A DNA stretch of 64,000 nt, taken from positions 47,591-111,590 of the forward strand of contig CAZWMQ010000002.1 in NCBI GenBank assembly GCA_964635125.1. The letters are read 5' to 3'. Below the pieces are notes generated by a model. The model ran no database searches. It saw only the letters and a program-made list of their open reading frames with translations, and was not told where the DNA came from. The DNA is from an uncultured Candidatus Saccharibacteria bacterium. GTDB lineage: Bacteria > Patescibacteriota > Minisyncoccia > Phycocordibacterales > UBA5272. Below, one piece after another: positions 10,335 through 21,695 of this stretch (positions within the stretch are counted from its first letter, which is position 1; each line of letters starts with the position of its first letter). The translations under genes and the position numbers were made by a program.

Positions 10335-10655
10335 TTAAACTATATACTTATCACCTTTTACGGATGGGGTTTTAACTACAGCTGTAGCTCCATCTTCTAA
10401 ACATTCAAAATCAACAGCAGTATTTGGTATTAAATGTATAACATCTCCTTTTAATAATATTTCTCCATTCATTTTAAATTCACCTGATACTATCACTGTT
10501 ATCTCATCAGCTAATTTGTGTAAGTGTTTTGCTTCTTTTTCTCCTTTTTTATAATAATGAACCATAAACTCAAAATCTTTAGTCTTTAAAATACTTGGCT
10601 CAAAATCACCAACTATCCAACCTCTCACATAATCTTTTAAATTATATTTTTTCAT
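10335..10655 (-). CDS. cupin-domain protein
   Basis: Small beta-barrel-like sequence with an 'HLHKLADEITVIVSGEF' cupin motif. Overlaps the next gene by 4 nt (operon). Confidence 0.5.
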   Translation of the reverse strand: MKKYNLKDYVRGWIVGDFEPSILKTKDFEFMVHYYKKGEKEAKHLHKLADEITVIVSGEFKMNGEILLKGDVIHLIPNTAVDFECLEDGATAVVKTPSVKGDKYIV

Positions 10656-11263
10656 ATTTCAAGAATATCAGCAAATAAACCAAGATGTACATCTTCTATA
10701 CCTTTTACAATACGGACTTCAGCTCCACTTTTTTTAGCAGCTTCTACACCGTGTGGTGAATCTTCTACTATTATAGTCTCTTCTGGTTTCACTCCTAATC
10801 TCTCCATAGCTACTATATATATTTCAGGATCTGGTTTTGGATTTTTTATTTCATCATTACCTAAAATTAAATCCATATAATCAAATAATCCAGCTGAGCG
10901 AAGCATGGGGTGTAAAGTTTCTTTTACAGAGTTAGAGCAACAAGCGAGTTTAATATTCTTATTTTTCAAATGCTTCATTAGAATTATCTTAGAATGATCT
11001 GGTGGGCAATATTTTGATATTAATTCATGAGTGTATTTTTGCTTGATTTCATTTATAAATTCTAATAAACCGTTTGGTATTCTTTCCTGCTTCTCTAATT
11101 CTGCTACTTTTTTACGAGTCGGTAACCCATTAAAATATTGATAATGCTCTTCTTCTTCTATTTTTGCTCCAAAAAGCTCTAAAGCTTTATTTAAGGCTAA
11201 ATAATGCGCCTCCGGCATATTTACTAGTACTCCATCAAGATCAAATAATATCGCTTTAATCAT
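10652..11263 (-). CDS. HAD-superfamily hydrolase (phosphatase/phosphomutase-like)
   Basis: 'MIKAILFDLDGVLV' motif I and 'IVEDSPHGVEAAKKSGA' motif IV-like. Confidence 0.75.
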   Translation of the reverse strand: MIKAILFDLDGVLVNMPEAHYLALNKALELFGAKIEEEEHYQYFNGLPTRKKVAELEKQERIPNGLLEFINEIKQKYTHELISKYCPPDHSKIILMKHLKNKNIKLACCSNSVKETLHPMLRSAGLFDYMDLILGNDEIKNPKPDPEIYIVAMERLGVKPEETIIVEDSPHGVEAAKKSGAEVRIVKGIEDVHLGLFADILEI

Positions 11264-11306
11264 ATTTAATAATATTTAATATAACATATTATATTTTTAA
11301 AATAAA

Positions 11307-12368
11307 TTATTTTAAAAGATCTCTATTCCCATTAAATCTTCTTATTATATTTATAATAAACTTATAAACTCTACCTCCGTACTTTCTCATAAAAAAACGT
11401 AAGTATAATTGAAGGAAATAAAATATATCTTCAAAATAATTGCTAATATAAAAAATTTTATATTGATTATATTTATTGTGTATTTCATTATAATCTGACA
11501 TTGTATAAAATCCCCTACTTAACCAAGGCCTTGCCCCATAAGCTGAAGCTGGATATTTAAAAGATTTTACATTAAACTTATTAGCTGATATCATTATTGT
11601 ATCTTTAGCATAAGATTCTTCTGATTTATTATCTCTTTCTTCTGAAAAATAAGTAATGTGCGAAGTATCTATCTCTTCATATTTCTTTAAGAAATTAACC
11701 CAGACATATTGCTCAGGACTTAGGTTTTCCTCAACTAAAGAATAACCGTCTAAAATTTGTCCTAATAAATTATCTTTATTTACAAGTGGTATCGAAAATA
11801 TATTTTCGAGATCTTTTGTTAAACCGAAATAAACCCAATCACAAATATCAAAATAATACTTATCAAAAACTATCCAATCAAATCTATTAAAAAAATTCTT
11901 ATATTTTAAAATCCTTTTTATATTATATGTTGGTAAAACTACAATCTTATTTTCTAAATAACCTTCGGATTTATTTTTATTATATTTCTCAAAATACTTT
12001 ATAAATCTATTGCCAGTTAAAAGCATATCGCCTCTGATTATCAAAGTATACTTTGTATTCACTTTTTCTAGTCCTTTCTGTGAAGTTATAATTTGATTAT
12101 TGATTGAAATATGGGAGACTTTTTTCTTATCATATGACCACATTTCTAATTTCCCAGGATCTTTATTTAAAATAGTTTCATCAACATTCAAACCTGAGAT
12201 ATCCGATCCCTCCCAAGTAGATAAGATTATCTTAGACTTTGGTAAACATTTCCTAATACTCTCTATACTACGATATGTCCATCTATATTTATATTTATCT
12301 GATGGCTTTCCTAAGATTAGACCTTTAATAATAACTGTTATTTCTTGCGAATCTATCATATTTTTCAC
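11307..12368 (-). CDS. WavE-like polysaccharide biosynthesis protein (paralogue of 6924-7955)
   Basis: 'ITVIIKGLI...TYRSIESIRKCLPKSKIILSTWEGSDI'. Confidence 0.45.
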   Translation of the reverse strand: MKNMIDSQEITVIIKGLILGKPSDKYKYRWTYRSIESIRKCLPKSKIILSTWEGSDISGLNVDETILNKDPGKLEMWSYDKKKVSHISINNQIITSQKGLEKVNTKYTLIIRGDMLLTGNRFIKYFEKYNKNKSEGYLENKIVVLPTYNIKRILKYKNFFNRFDWIVFDKYYFDICDWVYFGLTKDLENIFSIPLVNKDNLLGQILDGYSLVEENLSPEQYVWVNFLKKYEEIDTSHITYFSEERDNKSEESYAKDTIMISANKFNVKSFKYPASAYGARPWLSRGFYTMSDYNEIHNKYNQYKIFYISNYFEDIFYFLQLYLRFFMRKYGGRVYKFIINIIRRFNGNRDLLK

Positions 12369-12460
12369 CTTTATTTTCTAAAAATTATACCACATTAATT
12401 GAAATTTAATAACCTTTAAAAAATATTTTTGGACTTTATTTTATCTTTAATTATTTTCAG

Positions 12461-13765
12461 TTATTTAGCACTTCTATACATTTCTTTAGTATAAACTAAA
12501 TTATTTATAAATCTCATAATTATGGCTACAATTATTGCTCCGTAAACTCCATAATACATCGCGGCAAAGAATAATAAACTTAAATTAACTATTAAAGTTA
12601 TCATTTGAATAATATTAATCGACTTAAATAATCTCTTCTCAGCTAAATATTGATAAGCTGGAGTTAAAGCTACCGCCAGTATTGAAATACAATAAATCAC
12701 GGCATAATGATAAGAGAAATAATATTTAGGGAATAAGAATTTATAAACTAATGGTAAGAGTAAAGCACAAAGTATGGCTGACAATAATGAGAATCAGAAA
12801 TATTTCTTAAACATTCCTCGAATAATCTTGATCTTCTCCTGATTACTCTCTCTCGTATAACCAAGCTGCTTACTAATCCTAGATAAGACTAATTGAATCT
12901 TAGACATTGTTGCTCCAATCATTCCGGAAACAAAGTCAGCAAAAGTTAAAGCAATACTATATATGGCAACTTCCGATGGTCCAAGTCGGTTAAAGACAAT
13001 CGCTGAGCTCGCATTCACTTGAGCTGATGCTAGAGCCCCAGTAAAAGAGATAGCTAAAGACTCTTTACGAAACTCTTTAATATCACTCTTGGCTAAATTA
13101 TGAGCATCCAGATTCTTCATGTTAATATTTAATTTCTTCTTGACTGTGTGATATGCGATAAATCTAAATATGGCTTGGGAAATAAATAAAATTGCAAAGA
13201 TAATATAAAGATTATCAGTAAAAATTGTCAAAATTGCTGCTGGAAATGTTGAGCAGAGATAATAAGTCGTCGCATAAATCATATTTCTCCTGTAATCCCC
13301 TCGCCCTTGTAAAGCTACCATATATCAATCATATGTATCGACAATCAAATATGAGAAAATATTAATCAAGAAAAATGTGGCTAAGAAATTATTCCCCATA
13401 TAAAAATAATAACCGGCTACACTAAGTGAAATAATTGCTGGAATCCATCTTAATATTTTCTTATACTTAAATCCTAATTTAAAAAAAGAATCTTGCCCTC
13501 GTTGCATATTTAATGTGGCTATACTATATATTCCTGAAAATGAAAATATAGCCACGATACCATAAATAGATAAAATATATTTATAATATCCGTAATTTTC
13601 AATAGAAAGAAAATGGGTCATTATGACTGTTGTCAAAATACTCATTGGAGCAATTAATATTTGCTGTAATAATAACCAACCTGATCCTTCACGATCAAAT
13701 TTACTCTTTATAAACATCCTCCCTTCTGCCCTGTACTTATTAATAATCTCCATCATATTAAACAA
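12461..13765 (-). CDS. Wzx-like polysaccharide flippase (MOP superfamily). Merges three track ORFs through 2 in-frame TGA
   Basis: Three contiguous same-frame ORFs (13765-13325, 13321-12794, 12790-12461) joined by TGA. Multi-TM protein with 'AISFTGALASAQVNASSAIVFNRLGPSEVAIYS'. Confidence 0.6.
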
Positions 13766-13983
13766 TATTAACTAAGTTTAACATAAAAAATCGCCTTATG
13801 GTTAGATTTAACTTTAAATTAATTCTCCTTGTAAATTCTATAATATTTAAATAATGTTAATAAAATACTTGACCGACAAATTAAAATTATGGTAGTATAT
13901 ATATACCGACAGGAGGGATGGAAAAGTAATCTTTGATTACCTGCTCGCAAGAAATACTGAACTCGTACTGGCAAAATACTTCT

Positions 13984-14553
13984 TTATAGGAGTATTTTGT
14001 TTTTATTCAAAACTCTTTTATTTTTTCTATTTTCATTTAATAAAGACCTTCTATTCTCACCAGCAAAAAGATCAGCATATTGTATTAAAATTGAAGAGCG
14101 AGAGTTCTCATACTTTGAAATATGTTTAAAACTTTTAAAACCTATATTTAAAAGTTTTATAAACTCTTTATTGGTTTTCTCTCCTCCAAATCTATCTAAT
14201 TTAATACTTAAAGATAAATTAATATTTTTATATTTTATATTCAAATATTTAATAAAATTATTTATACCTCTTTTATAATATATTGGAATATCTTTATGTG
14301 ATAATATCTTTTCTATATACAAATAATACTCATAATTTATATTATTTAATTTACGAAAATATTTTTCTTTTAATATTTCTGAAGACTGGGAATTTTTAAT
14401 TTCATTAATATTCCTATTGTTTAAAATCTTTTCTATTGTGTTAGCTAACATTGTATAATCCTTTTCATTTTTTATTATGAAAAAAGATAATATAAAATTA
14501 CCATCTTTCTCCATATCGTAACTTTCATCGACTCCAATAAAATATTTCTCCAT
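13984..14553 (-). CDS. hypothetical protein (DUF3800-like?)
   Basis: 'IGVDESYD...' N-terminus and 'IQYADLFAGE' near the C-terminus. Confidence 0.3.
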   Translation of the reverse strand: MEKYFIGVDESYDMEKDGNFILSFFIIKNEKDYTMLANTIEKILNNRNINEIKNSQSSEILKEKYFRKLNNINYEYYLYIEKILSHKDIPIYYKRGINNFIKYLNIKYKNINLSLSIKLDRFGGEKTNKEFIKLLNIGFKSFKHISKYENSRSSILIQYADLFAGENRRSLLNENRKNKRVLNKNKILL

Positions 14554-14576
14554 TTTAAGATTATAACATTACCTTA

Positions 14577-15731
14577 CTATTCAAGCCCAATAAACTCTTG
14601 CTTATATCGTGATTGATGAGCCACTCGTCCATACCGAGACATACCGACACACATTCCAAGAGCAATACATTCAGTCAAAAGATGTGATCCGCCATGACTC
14701 ATTAATGGTAATGGTATCCCAGTCACTGGAAATACTCCTATATTCATACCAATATTAAAAGTAGTCTGAGTCACAAGCCAAATAATAACTCCTAATATTG
14801 TTAGAGTTTCAAAATTAGTCTCGCCTCTGACAGCTTTCTTAGTTAATGAAAAAATGATTATTCCATATAAAATAAACACCACAATTCCACCAATAATTCC
14901 CCATTCTTCAAGGAATGAAGCAAAGATAAAATCTGTCTCATGCTCTGGTAAATAACCAAATCTGGATTGAGTCCCATATCCTACACCTTTCCCAGTTAAA
15001 CCTCCGCTTCCGACCGCGATTATAGACTGGTAAGCATTCCAGCCGGTACCTTTTAAATCATGAGTTGGATTAATAAAATTAACAATACGACTCTTTTGAT
15101 ATGGTTTAAAATAAAAACTCCATAAAATTAATCCAAGAGATAAGGCGACACCGATAAACCATAAAAAATGCTTGCGAGTTAATCCTGAAACTATCAACAT
15201 TCCAAACCAGATCATCACAAGTACTATAGCCGTTGATAAATCTGGTTGAAGCATTATTAAAATCGCTGGAATAGAAACATAAATTAATGAATAAACAATA
15301 TTTTTCAAATTAGCAATAGCGATATGTCTTTTGGCAAAAAATTTAGCTAAAATTAAGATCAAGATTAATTTCATTGGCTCAGATGGACCGATGAAAAAAC
15401 TTCCTAAATTAAACCAACGATTACCACCTTTCGAAATATGTCCAAAAATAAAAATTAAAATTAGAGCAAATAATAATATTCCATACATTGTTAATAAGAT
15501 CTTAGAATTTTTCAAGGCCCGATAGTCTAAAGTTGAGAAAATTAAAAAGCAACTTAAAGCAATAATAATCAAAATGACTTGCCTACTAAAAATAACATCA
15601 TTAGATCCCAAAGTAGACATGGTCAATAACCCAAAAATCATCAGAATAACGATTGGAATAAATATATAATAATCAATACTTTTTAAAAAAGCTATTAATT
15701 TACTAACTATTTTAGTAATAGGAATAATCAT
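14577..15731 (-). CDS. ftsW: SEDS-family peptidoglycan polymerase (FtsW/RodA)
   Basis: Ten TM helices with 'AVGSGGLTGKGVGYGTQSRFGYLPEHETDFIFA...PLPLMSHGGS' FtsW/RodA motifs. Confidence 0.8.
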   Translation of the reverse strand: MIIPITKIVSKLIAFLKSIDYYIFIPIVILMIFGLLTMSTLGSNDVIFSRQVILIIIALSCFLIFSTLDYRALKNSKILLTMYGILLFALILIFIFGHISKGGNRWFNLGSFFIGPSEPMKLILILILAKFFAKRHIAIANLKNIVYSLIYVSIPAILIMLQPDLSTAIVLVMIWFGMLIVSGLTRKHFLWFIGVALSLGLILWSFYFKPYQKSRIVNFINPTHDLKGTGWNAYQSIIAVGSGGLTGKGVGYGTQSRFGYLPEHETDFIFASFLEEWGIIGGIVVFILYGIIIFSLTKKAVRGETNFETLTILGVIIWLVTQTTFNIGMNIGVFPVTGIPLPLMSHGGSHLLTECIALGMCVGMSRYGRVAHQSRYKQEFIGLE

Positions 15732-15737
15732 AGCGGT

Positions 15738-16544
15738 CTATCTAAAATCACTAAACGGAGTAATCATCGTATAAACTGAAATATTAGGATTGGCCTCTTT
15801 AAGTGGGACTCTCCAAGTATAGACCGCATCGGCATCTCCTTCGCCATCAATATTCTTTAAAATTGTCTCGTTAACTGCAATAATATTACCTAATTTATCT
15901 TTCAAAGTTACTCTGACTGGTATATTTCTAAAGTTAGCTTGGGTTATATTTTCTAAAGTTATAGTTAATTGAGTAATATTATTAACATCTTGCTCATAAT
16001 TGATATTTTTAACTTGTAAAAAATTCTTAGTATAAACTTGATCAACTTTTAACCAATTATTGTTGTTAGGTAGAATATCAACTGTGACTTTAGAAATGGA
16101 ATTACCAGCATCAGCTAAAGTTAAAGGTATATTTTGAATTATAACTGGGAAAGACTGTCCGACCAATAAAGGAGAGTTAGTGTCGATACTTTTAATAAGA
16201 GTCCCACTCTTATCATAAATTGAGAAATGATAACTCATAAATCCGTCGCTAGGCTCTTTATCTATATTCCGATTCTTAATAATTGCCACAATATCGTATA
16301 AGTCTTTCTCGGTTTCTACAGCTCGGGTTGATTCAACTTCTAGAGGTAAAATTGCGGTGGTACAGATTAATTGACAACCTCCGCCACAATCAACTCCATC
16401 TTCTAAATTATTCTGCTTACCGTCAAAACAAGTTGGTTTTGGAAATAGGCGAGGATATGATTTATAAAAAACGAAAGCTAAAACTAATAAGATTAGTATA
16501 GCTACAATAGTTTTTTTTCTTCTAACTCTCCAAGAATTATCCAT
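15738..16544 (-). CDS. secreted/membrane-anchored hypothetical protein
   Basis: N-terminal TM helix and a Cys-rich segment 'CFDGKQNNLEDGVDCGGGCQLIC'. Confidence 0.35.
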   Translation of the reverse strand: MDNSWRVRRKKTIVAILILLVLAFVFYKSYPRLFPKPTCFDGKQNNLEDGVDCGGGCQLICTTAILPLEVESTRAVETEKDLYDIVAIIKNRNIDKEPSDGFMSYHFSIYDKSGTLIKSIDTNSPLLVGQSFPVIIQNIPLTLADAGNSISKVTVDILPNNNNWLKVDQVYTKNFLQVKNINYEQDVNNITQLTITLENITQANFRNIPVRVTLKDKLGNIIAVNETILKNIDGEGDADAVYTWRVPLKEANPNISVYTMITPFSDFR

Positions 16545-16647
16545 AATAGATTAATTTTATCATAAATCTTAACTAAACAAAAACAATAATCTAGGGATAA
16601 TCCTAGATTATTGTTAGCACTAATTAATTTAATAGAAATGATTAAAA

Positions 16648-17331
16648 TTATTTTTCTTTACGAGTAAAATCCTTTTCTAATTTATTAATAGCTCGTGAAG
16701 CAGCTTCCTTTCCACCTAATCCAAAAGCTAACCCGAAAGCAAGAGCTAAAGCTGCGATTACTCCGATAAATAATGCATTAGTAAATATTGTCAAAATATT
16801 TAATTGATTTAAAGCTGCTAAAATTGCTGTGAACATAATAGCGTATTTAGCTAAAGCTCCAGCGAAAGTAACTCTAAGACCTGATGCTCTAACAGATCCA
16901 TCAATAACTTTCTCAGCTAAATTAGCCAAAACATTACCAATTACAATAATAAACCCAGCAATAAATACTGATGGTAAATAATTCAAGATATTAACCAAAA
17001 AGTCAGATATGTAATTCAATCCAAAAATATCAGCGGCGGCTAAAGAAAAAGCAATCAAAATAGTCCAACGAACTAACCCGCCAAAAAATGTCCCAACATT
17101 GAAATGGTGTCCTGTCTTTTTTGATAATCTACCAACTCCAAATCTATCAAAGAGATTATTTATTCTTAAAATCTCAAAAACATGTATTGTTGCCCTACCT
17201 AAAATAACTCCAAATAACCAACCAACTAATAACACTATAATACCAATGATTAAATGCGGTAAAAAAGCAATTACATTAACTGAAACATTAATGATCTCTT
17301 GCCCTAATACATTTACATATTGTCCTAACAT
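16648..17331 (-). CDS. membrane protein with conserved-TM-helix repeats (MscS-associated-like)
   Basis: Repeated hydrophobic segments and a C-terminal 'GKEAASRAINKLEKDF'. Confidence 0.35.
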   Translation of the reverse strand: MLGQYVNVLGQEIINVSVNVIAFLPHLIIGIIVLLVGWLFGVILGRATIHVFEILRINNLFDRFGVGRLSKKTGHHFNVGTFFGGLVRWTILIAFSLAAADIFGLNYISDFLVNILNYLPSVFIAGFIIVIGNVLANLAEKVIDGSVRASGLRVTFAGALAKYAIMFTAILAALNQLNILTIFTNALFIGVIAALALAFGLAFGLGGKEAASRAINKLEKDFTRKEK

Positions 17332-17462
17332 ATTTTTATTTATAATTTAAATTAATTAGTAATCACTTACTATTAAAGTATAACATCTTAAAAATTTAGC
17401 AAGTATATTTATCCACAATATATAAAAATACCGACTTTTAAAGCTATATAAATCTATAATAT

Positions 17463-18053
17463 TTAAATTACCCTATCTGATACTTTATCAATTAAAGTAA
17501 TTCTGTGACTATCTAAAACATTGTGTAAAAATCTATCAAACATTTTCTTTCGATAATCAAATTCTTCAATATCTATGATATTAATACGAAGTTTCGAGGC
17601 GAATAAAGCATCCATCTCTTGTAATACTTTAGTTACTTCTTTAGTCTTTAAATTATCTCCAACCACTAAAATATCTAAATCAACATCTTGATCATTAATG
17701 AAAACTCCCGTGAATGAAAATAGTTTAATTCTTCCTATCTTTTTAAATCTATTTACAATAGCGTTCTTATCTAGACTCTGAAAATCAAATACTAAATTAT
17801 ATAAAGATTGATTATAAGAAAAACTAGAATTAAGTTTATAAGATGGGATAGTTTTATTTTCAATATATTTATCTAAAAATCCAACCGTATTTAATAAATT
17901 TAAATCTTTTTTAAGATTAGTCTTTTTAATTTTAGTGTTAAATTCTATATCGTTTAATTTAAAATCGTGCTGTTGATTAGCTAAGAAAAATCTTAATAAT
18001 CTTAATCTTACATCTCCGTTCCCTGCCTGAAAAATCTTTATTAATGGGTCCAT
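17463..18053 (-). CDS. hypothetical protein
   Basis: ORF only. Confidence 0.3.
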   Translation of the reverse strand: MDPLIKIFQAGNGDVRLRLLRFFLANQQHDFKLNDIEFNTKIKKTNLKKDLNLLNTVGFLDKYIENKTIPSYKLNSSFSYNQSLYNLVFDFQSLDKNAIVNRFKKIGRIKLFSFTGVFINDQDVDLDILVVGDNLKTKEVTKVLQEMDALFASKLRINIIDIEEFDYRKKMFDRFLHNVLDSHRITLIDKVSDRVI

Positions 18054-18206
18054 AAAATTTTCTTATTTAATAAGTTAAGAGTAGCATAAATAATTATAAA
18101 AATAAACTTGATAAATACAAAAAATGTTATCTTTTTAACTTTCTAAAACAAAAACACCCTATATTTTAAGGGTATTTTTGAGTTCTAAATTAATTAGATA
18201 ATAAGA

Positions 18207-18575
18207 TTAATTTAAACTTACTGTCGCTCCTGCTTCTTCTAATGACTTCTTTAGGGCTTCAGCTTCGTCTTTCTTAACATCTTTCTTAAGATCAACTGGG
18301 GCACCATCGACTAAATCTTTAGCTTCTTTCAAACCTAATCCTAGGGCTTCTTTAACTACTTTCATTACTGCAATCTTACCCTCACCAGCGCTTTCTAATT
18401 TTACATTGTAAGTTGATTTCTCTTCAGCTCCGGCATCACTAGCACCTCCAGCTGGAGCAGCCGCTACAGCTTGAGCAGAGACTCCAAATTTCTCCTCAAT
18501 TGCCTTTACTAATTCATTTAATTCCAAAACTGACATTCCGTCAATCTTATCTAATAGATCTTTGTGTTTTTCCAT
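18207..18575 (-). CDS. rplL: 50S ribosomal protein L7/L12
   Basis: '[21 protein letters not shown]...[44 protein letters not shown]' matches the L7/L12 family. Confidence 0.95.
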   Translation of the reverse strand: MEKHKDLLDKIDGMSVLELNELVKAIEEKFGVSAQAVAAAPAGGASDAGAEEKSTYNVKLESAGEGKIAVMKVVKEALGLGLKEAKDLVDGAPVDLKKDVKKDEAEALKKSLEEAGATVSLN

Positions 18576-18635
18576 AATTTTTATTTTTATTTTCTAATTT
18601 TAATAATTTTGTATAAATATTTATAATAAAATATT

Positions 18636-19124
18636 TTAATTTTTAATTTTCGCTACTTCATTAAGACCAATTGCTAATCTTTGAATTGGTGATTTTAATA
18701 AAAAGGCGATCTGAGAAATAAGCACCTCTCTCGATGGGATAGTAGCAATACTCTTCATCTCAACTTCTGATTGAAAAACTCCATCAAATACTCCTCCAAC
18801 AATAGAGAAAATATTCTTATGTAATTTAGAAAAGTCATTGGCTAATCTGGCTGGAGTTAACATATCTTCTCCTGAAATAACCGCCATCTCTTCATTAATT
18901 ACAGGTTTCTCCCCAGAGTATTTCCTTGTATCAACTGCTCGATTCCAAAGAGTTTTCTTAACTACATTATACTTAATCCCTTCTTTATATAATTGCTTAC
19001 GAATTGATTCAGTATCTTTGACATTCAGTCCTTTAAACTTAACATAAACGAAAGTCTTAGCATTGTCTAAGATTTTGCCATATTCATCAATTAATTCTTT
19101 CTTTTTATTTTTGGTTAAAGCCAT
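18636..19124 (-). CDS. rplJ: 50S ribosomal protein L10
   Basis: Position upstream of rplL plus L10-like sequence. Confidence 0.85.
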   Translation of the reverse strand: MALTKNKKKELIDEYGKILDNAKTFVYVKFKGLNVKDTESIRKQLYKEGIKYNVVKKTLWNRAVDTRKYSGEKPVINEEMAVISGEDMLTPARLANDFSKLHKNIFSIVGGVFDGVFQSEVEMKSIATIPSREVLISQIAFLLKSPIQRLAIGLNEVAKIKN

Positions 19125-19380
19125 AAATAATTATTTTTATTTCGCTAAGATTAAAATCTTAGCGACTAATTTCTAATAAACAAAAATCTCTCGTTAAACG
19201 AAAGATTTGAGGTAAACTTTACAAGACTTAAGACCTAAGCTTCAAGACTAAAGATAAATTCTTATGTCTTAAGTCTTACTTCTTTTGACTTGTTACGACC
19301 TCCGTGAGCTTATGTTTTGAGGGCTTTCGCCCACTCACTTCTTTGGTTTACTTATATAGTATAACATATCTCAGCTATTT
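19125..19380 (-). promoter_or_regulatory. rplJ leader with promoter (extended -10 'TATGTTATACT' at ~19368-19377 on the - strand) and structured leader
   Basis: The -10 matches the consensus seen in the 1-960 array. Leader hairpin 'GTGAGTGGGCGAAAGCCCTCAAAACATAAGCTCAC'. Long imperfect palindrome of AAGAC/GTCTT heptamers at 19200-19290. Confidence 0.5.
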
Positions 19381-19655
19381 AAGCAAAAATAAAAGACCAT
19401 TAATTGTAATATAATAATAGTCTTATTTATAAGCTCTTTTATGAGTAAGATGCCAGGTGTTACAAAGATCACAATAATAATCTCTAAGCATCACACCTTT
19501 TTCTTTTTTTAAAAAATTTTTCTTGGTTTTCGCTTCTTTTTTTGTATAATGTATTTTATCAATACATCTCTTTTCTAAATTTTCTATAAAATTTTCCTCT
19601 TTTTCAATTTCTTTTTTTTGAAACTTTTTAAAAAGAGGGAGAAAAGAAGTATAAG

Positions 19656-19713
19656 TTCCTGGTTTAACCAGGAATCTTTTTTTATCTCTACATTATGCTG
19701 TAGAGATTTTTTA
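19656..19713 (+). terminator. twin rho-independent terminators on the + strand
   Basis: 'TTCCTGGTTTAACCAGGAA' followed by T9. 'ATCTCTACATTATGCTGTAGAGAT' followed by T6. Confidence 0.5.
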
Positions 19714-19878
19714 TACTCTACATTCATAAAAAAATATTTTTTATTAATGAATTATTCTATTATAGATTTTATCACTTAAATTAAAAATTGTCAAATAAAT
19801 ATAAAAAATCAAAAAACACTGAATAAACCCAGTGTTTTTTGAATAGAGAACTTAAAATTATAAATAATCTTTGAGTCC

Positions 19879-19995
19879 TCTGTTCTCCCGAATAGCTACT
19901 CTTGCTAATTAAAGCTACCATCGCTCTATGAAGTCTTCACGATCCAGTTCGGAATGAGATGGTGTGTTACCCTTCATCCAAATCAGGAGAACAGA
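19879..19995 (-). rRNA. rrf: 5S rRNA
   Basis: Reverse complement aligns with bacterial 5S ('CCGAACTGGATCGTGAAGAC', 'GATGGTAGC...GAGTAGC'). Helix I 'GTTCTCCTGA'/'TCGGGAGAAC'. Confidence 0.8.
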
Positions 19996-21695
19996 AAACT
20001 CAAAAGAGATTGGAGAGAGAAGCGGAGTCGAACCACTACCTTCTCATAAATTATTATTTCGTAGTTACTTTTCAGATGGTAACTCGGATAGAATTAATAA
20101 ACTTATGTGATGTCCTAACCGTTAGACGAGCTCTCTTCAATCTTTTGAGTATAAAATCCTATAATGATGTGAGAAGTTTTACTTCTCAATTCGAAAAACT
20201 AAATAAAAATCAAAATAAATTTCAATCAATAACTAGTCTTCCGAATTGAAAAGTAAAATATATAAAAATAATTAATGATAAACATATTTCCTAATAGGAT
20301 ATGGGTATTAGTAATCCTCAGCTGAATGCATTACTGCACTTACACTTAGACCCTATCAACGTAATCATCTCTTACGACCCTTATAGAATACTTATCTTGA
20401 AGTTGGCTTCGTTCTTAGATGCTTTCAGAACTTATCCATTCCCGACTTGGCTACTGGGCGATCCAGCTAGCGCTAGAGCCCACACACCAGAGGTCAGTTC
20501 ATCTCGGTCCTCTCGTACTAGAGATAAATCTTCTCAATATTCCAAACGCCTGCAGTAGATAGGAGACCAACCTGTCTCACGACGGTTTGAACCCAGCTCG
20601 CGTATCTTTTTAAATGGCGAACAGCCATACCCTTGGGAGCTTCTTCACCCCCAGGATAAGATGAGCCGACATCGAGGTGCCGAACTCCACCGTCGCTATG
20701 GACGCTTAGGTGGAACTAGCCTGTTATCCCCGTGGTAGCTTCTATCCGTTAATCTTCAACTGCATCTAATGCAAATTGTCGGTTCACTATGTTCTACTTT
20801 CGTATCTGCTCGACATGCCCGTCTTACAGTTAAGCCAGTTTATGCCATTACACTATCGGCACGGTTTCCATTCGCGCCTAACTGACCTTAATAAACCCCT
20901 CCGTTACTCTTTAGGAGGGTACCGCCCCAGTAAAACTCCCCACCAGATACTGTCTCTCAACGTTTTTTCCGTTGAGGTTAGTGTTTGCCAAGTTACAGAT
21001 GGCTATTTCACTGTCGACTCCATGACAACCGAAATCGTCACTTCAAAGTCTCACCACTATACTACGCAATAAATTAACAAACACAATACCAAGCTAGAGT
21101 AAAGCTCACGGGGTCTTTTCGTCTAACTGCAGGTAGGCGGCATCTTCACCGCCACTGTATTTTCACCGAGCTACTCCCTGAGACAGTTCCCCAGTCATTA
21201 CACCATTCGTGCACGTCTGAACTTACCAGACAAGGAACTTCGCTCAACTGTTCCTTTAAAAGTTGGACTCTATCTTCATCTTTCTTTTACAAGTTAAGAT
21301 GCGTACCGCTGGTCTCTAGTTAGGTACATTGACGCATAATATATTTCTATAAGTGCGGGTAGCTTTATAAATGGTTAATGAATTTAAAACTATTTCCTAA
21401 AACAATCACGACACTAATCTTATCGTCCCAATCATTTCAGATACAAATAATATTTATATCTGAAACCTTAGGACGATTATAGTTATCGCCGACATTGACG
21501 GGGGCTTATATCAGTCAGCCACATGGCAAATTCAAAGTTAGTCCAAAATAAATTTTAAACGCTTTAAATCCACCATGTGACCACCGATATTTGACCTTCC
21601 CGCATTGGTCAGGTGTCACCCCATATACATACTCTTACGAGTTCGCATGGAGCTGTGTTTTAGATAAACAGTTGCCAGAGAAACTTTCGCTGCGG

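Noticed and set aside
20010-20125. tRNA-like D-arm ('TCGTCTAACGGTTAGGACA') and T-arm/acceptor ('GTGGTTCGACTCCGCTTCTCTCTCCA') motifs in the 23S-5S spacer
   Set aside because: The two halves are ~60 nt apart. No consistent acceptor stem or anticodon arm could be built. It is likely spacer or processing structure rather than a tRNA.
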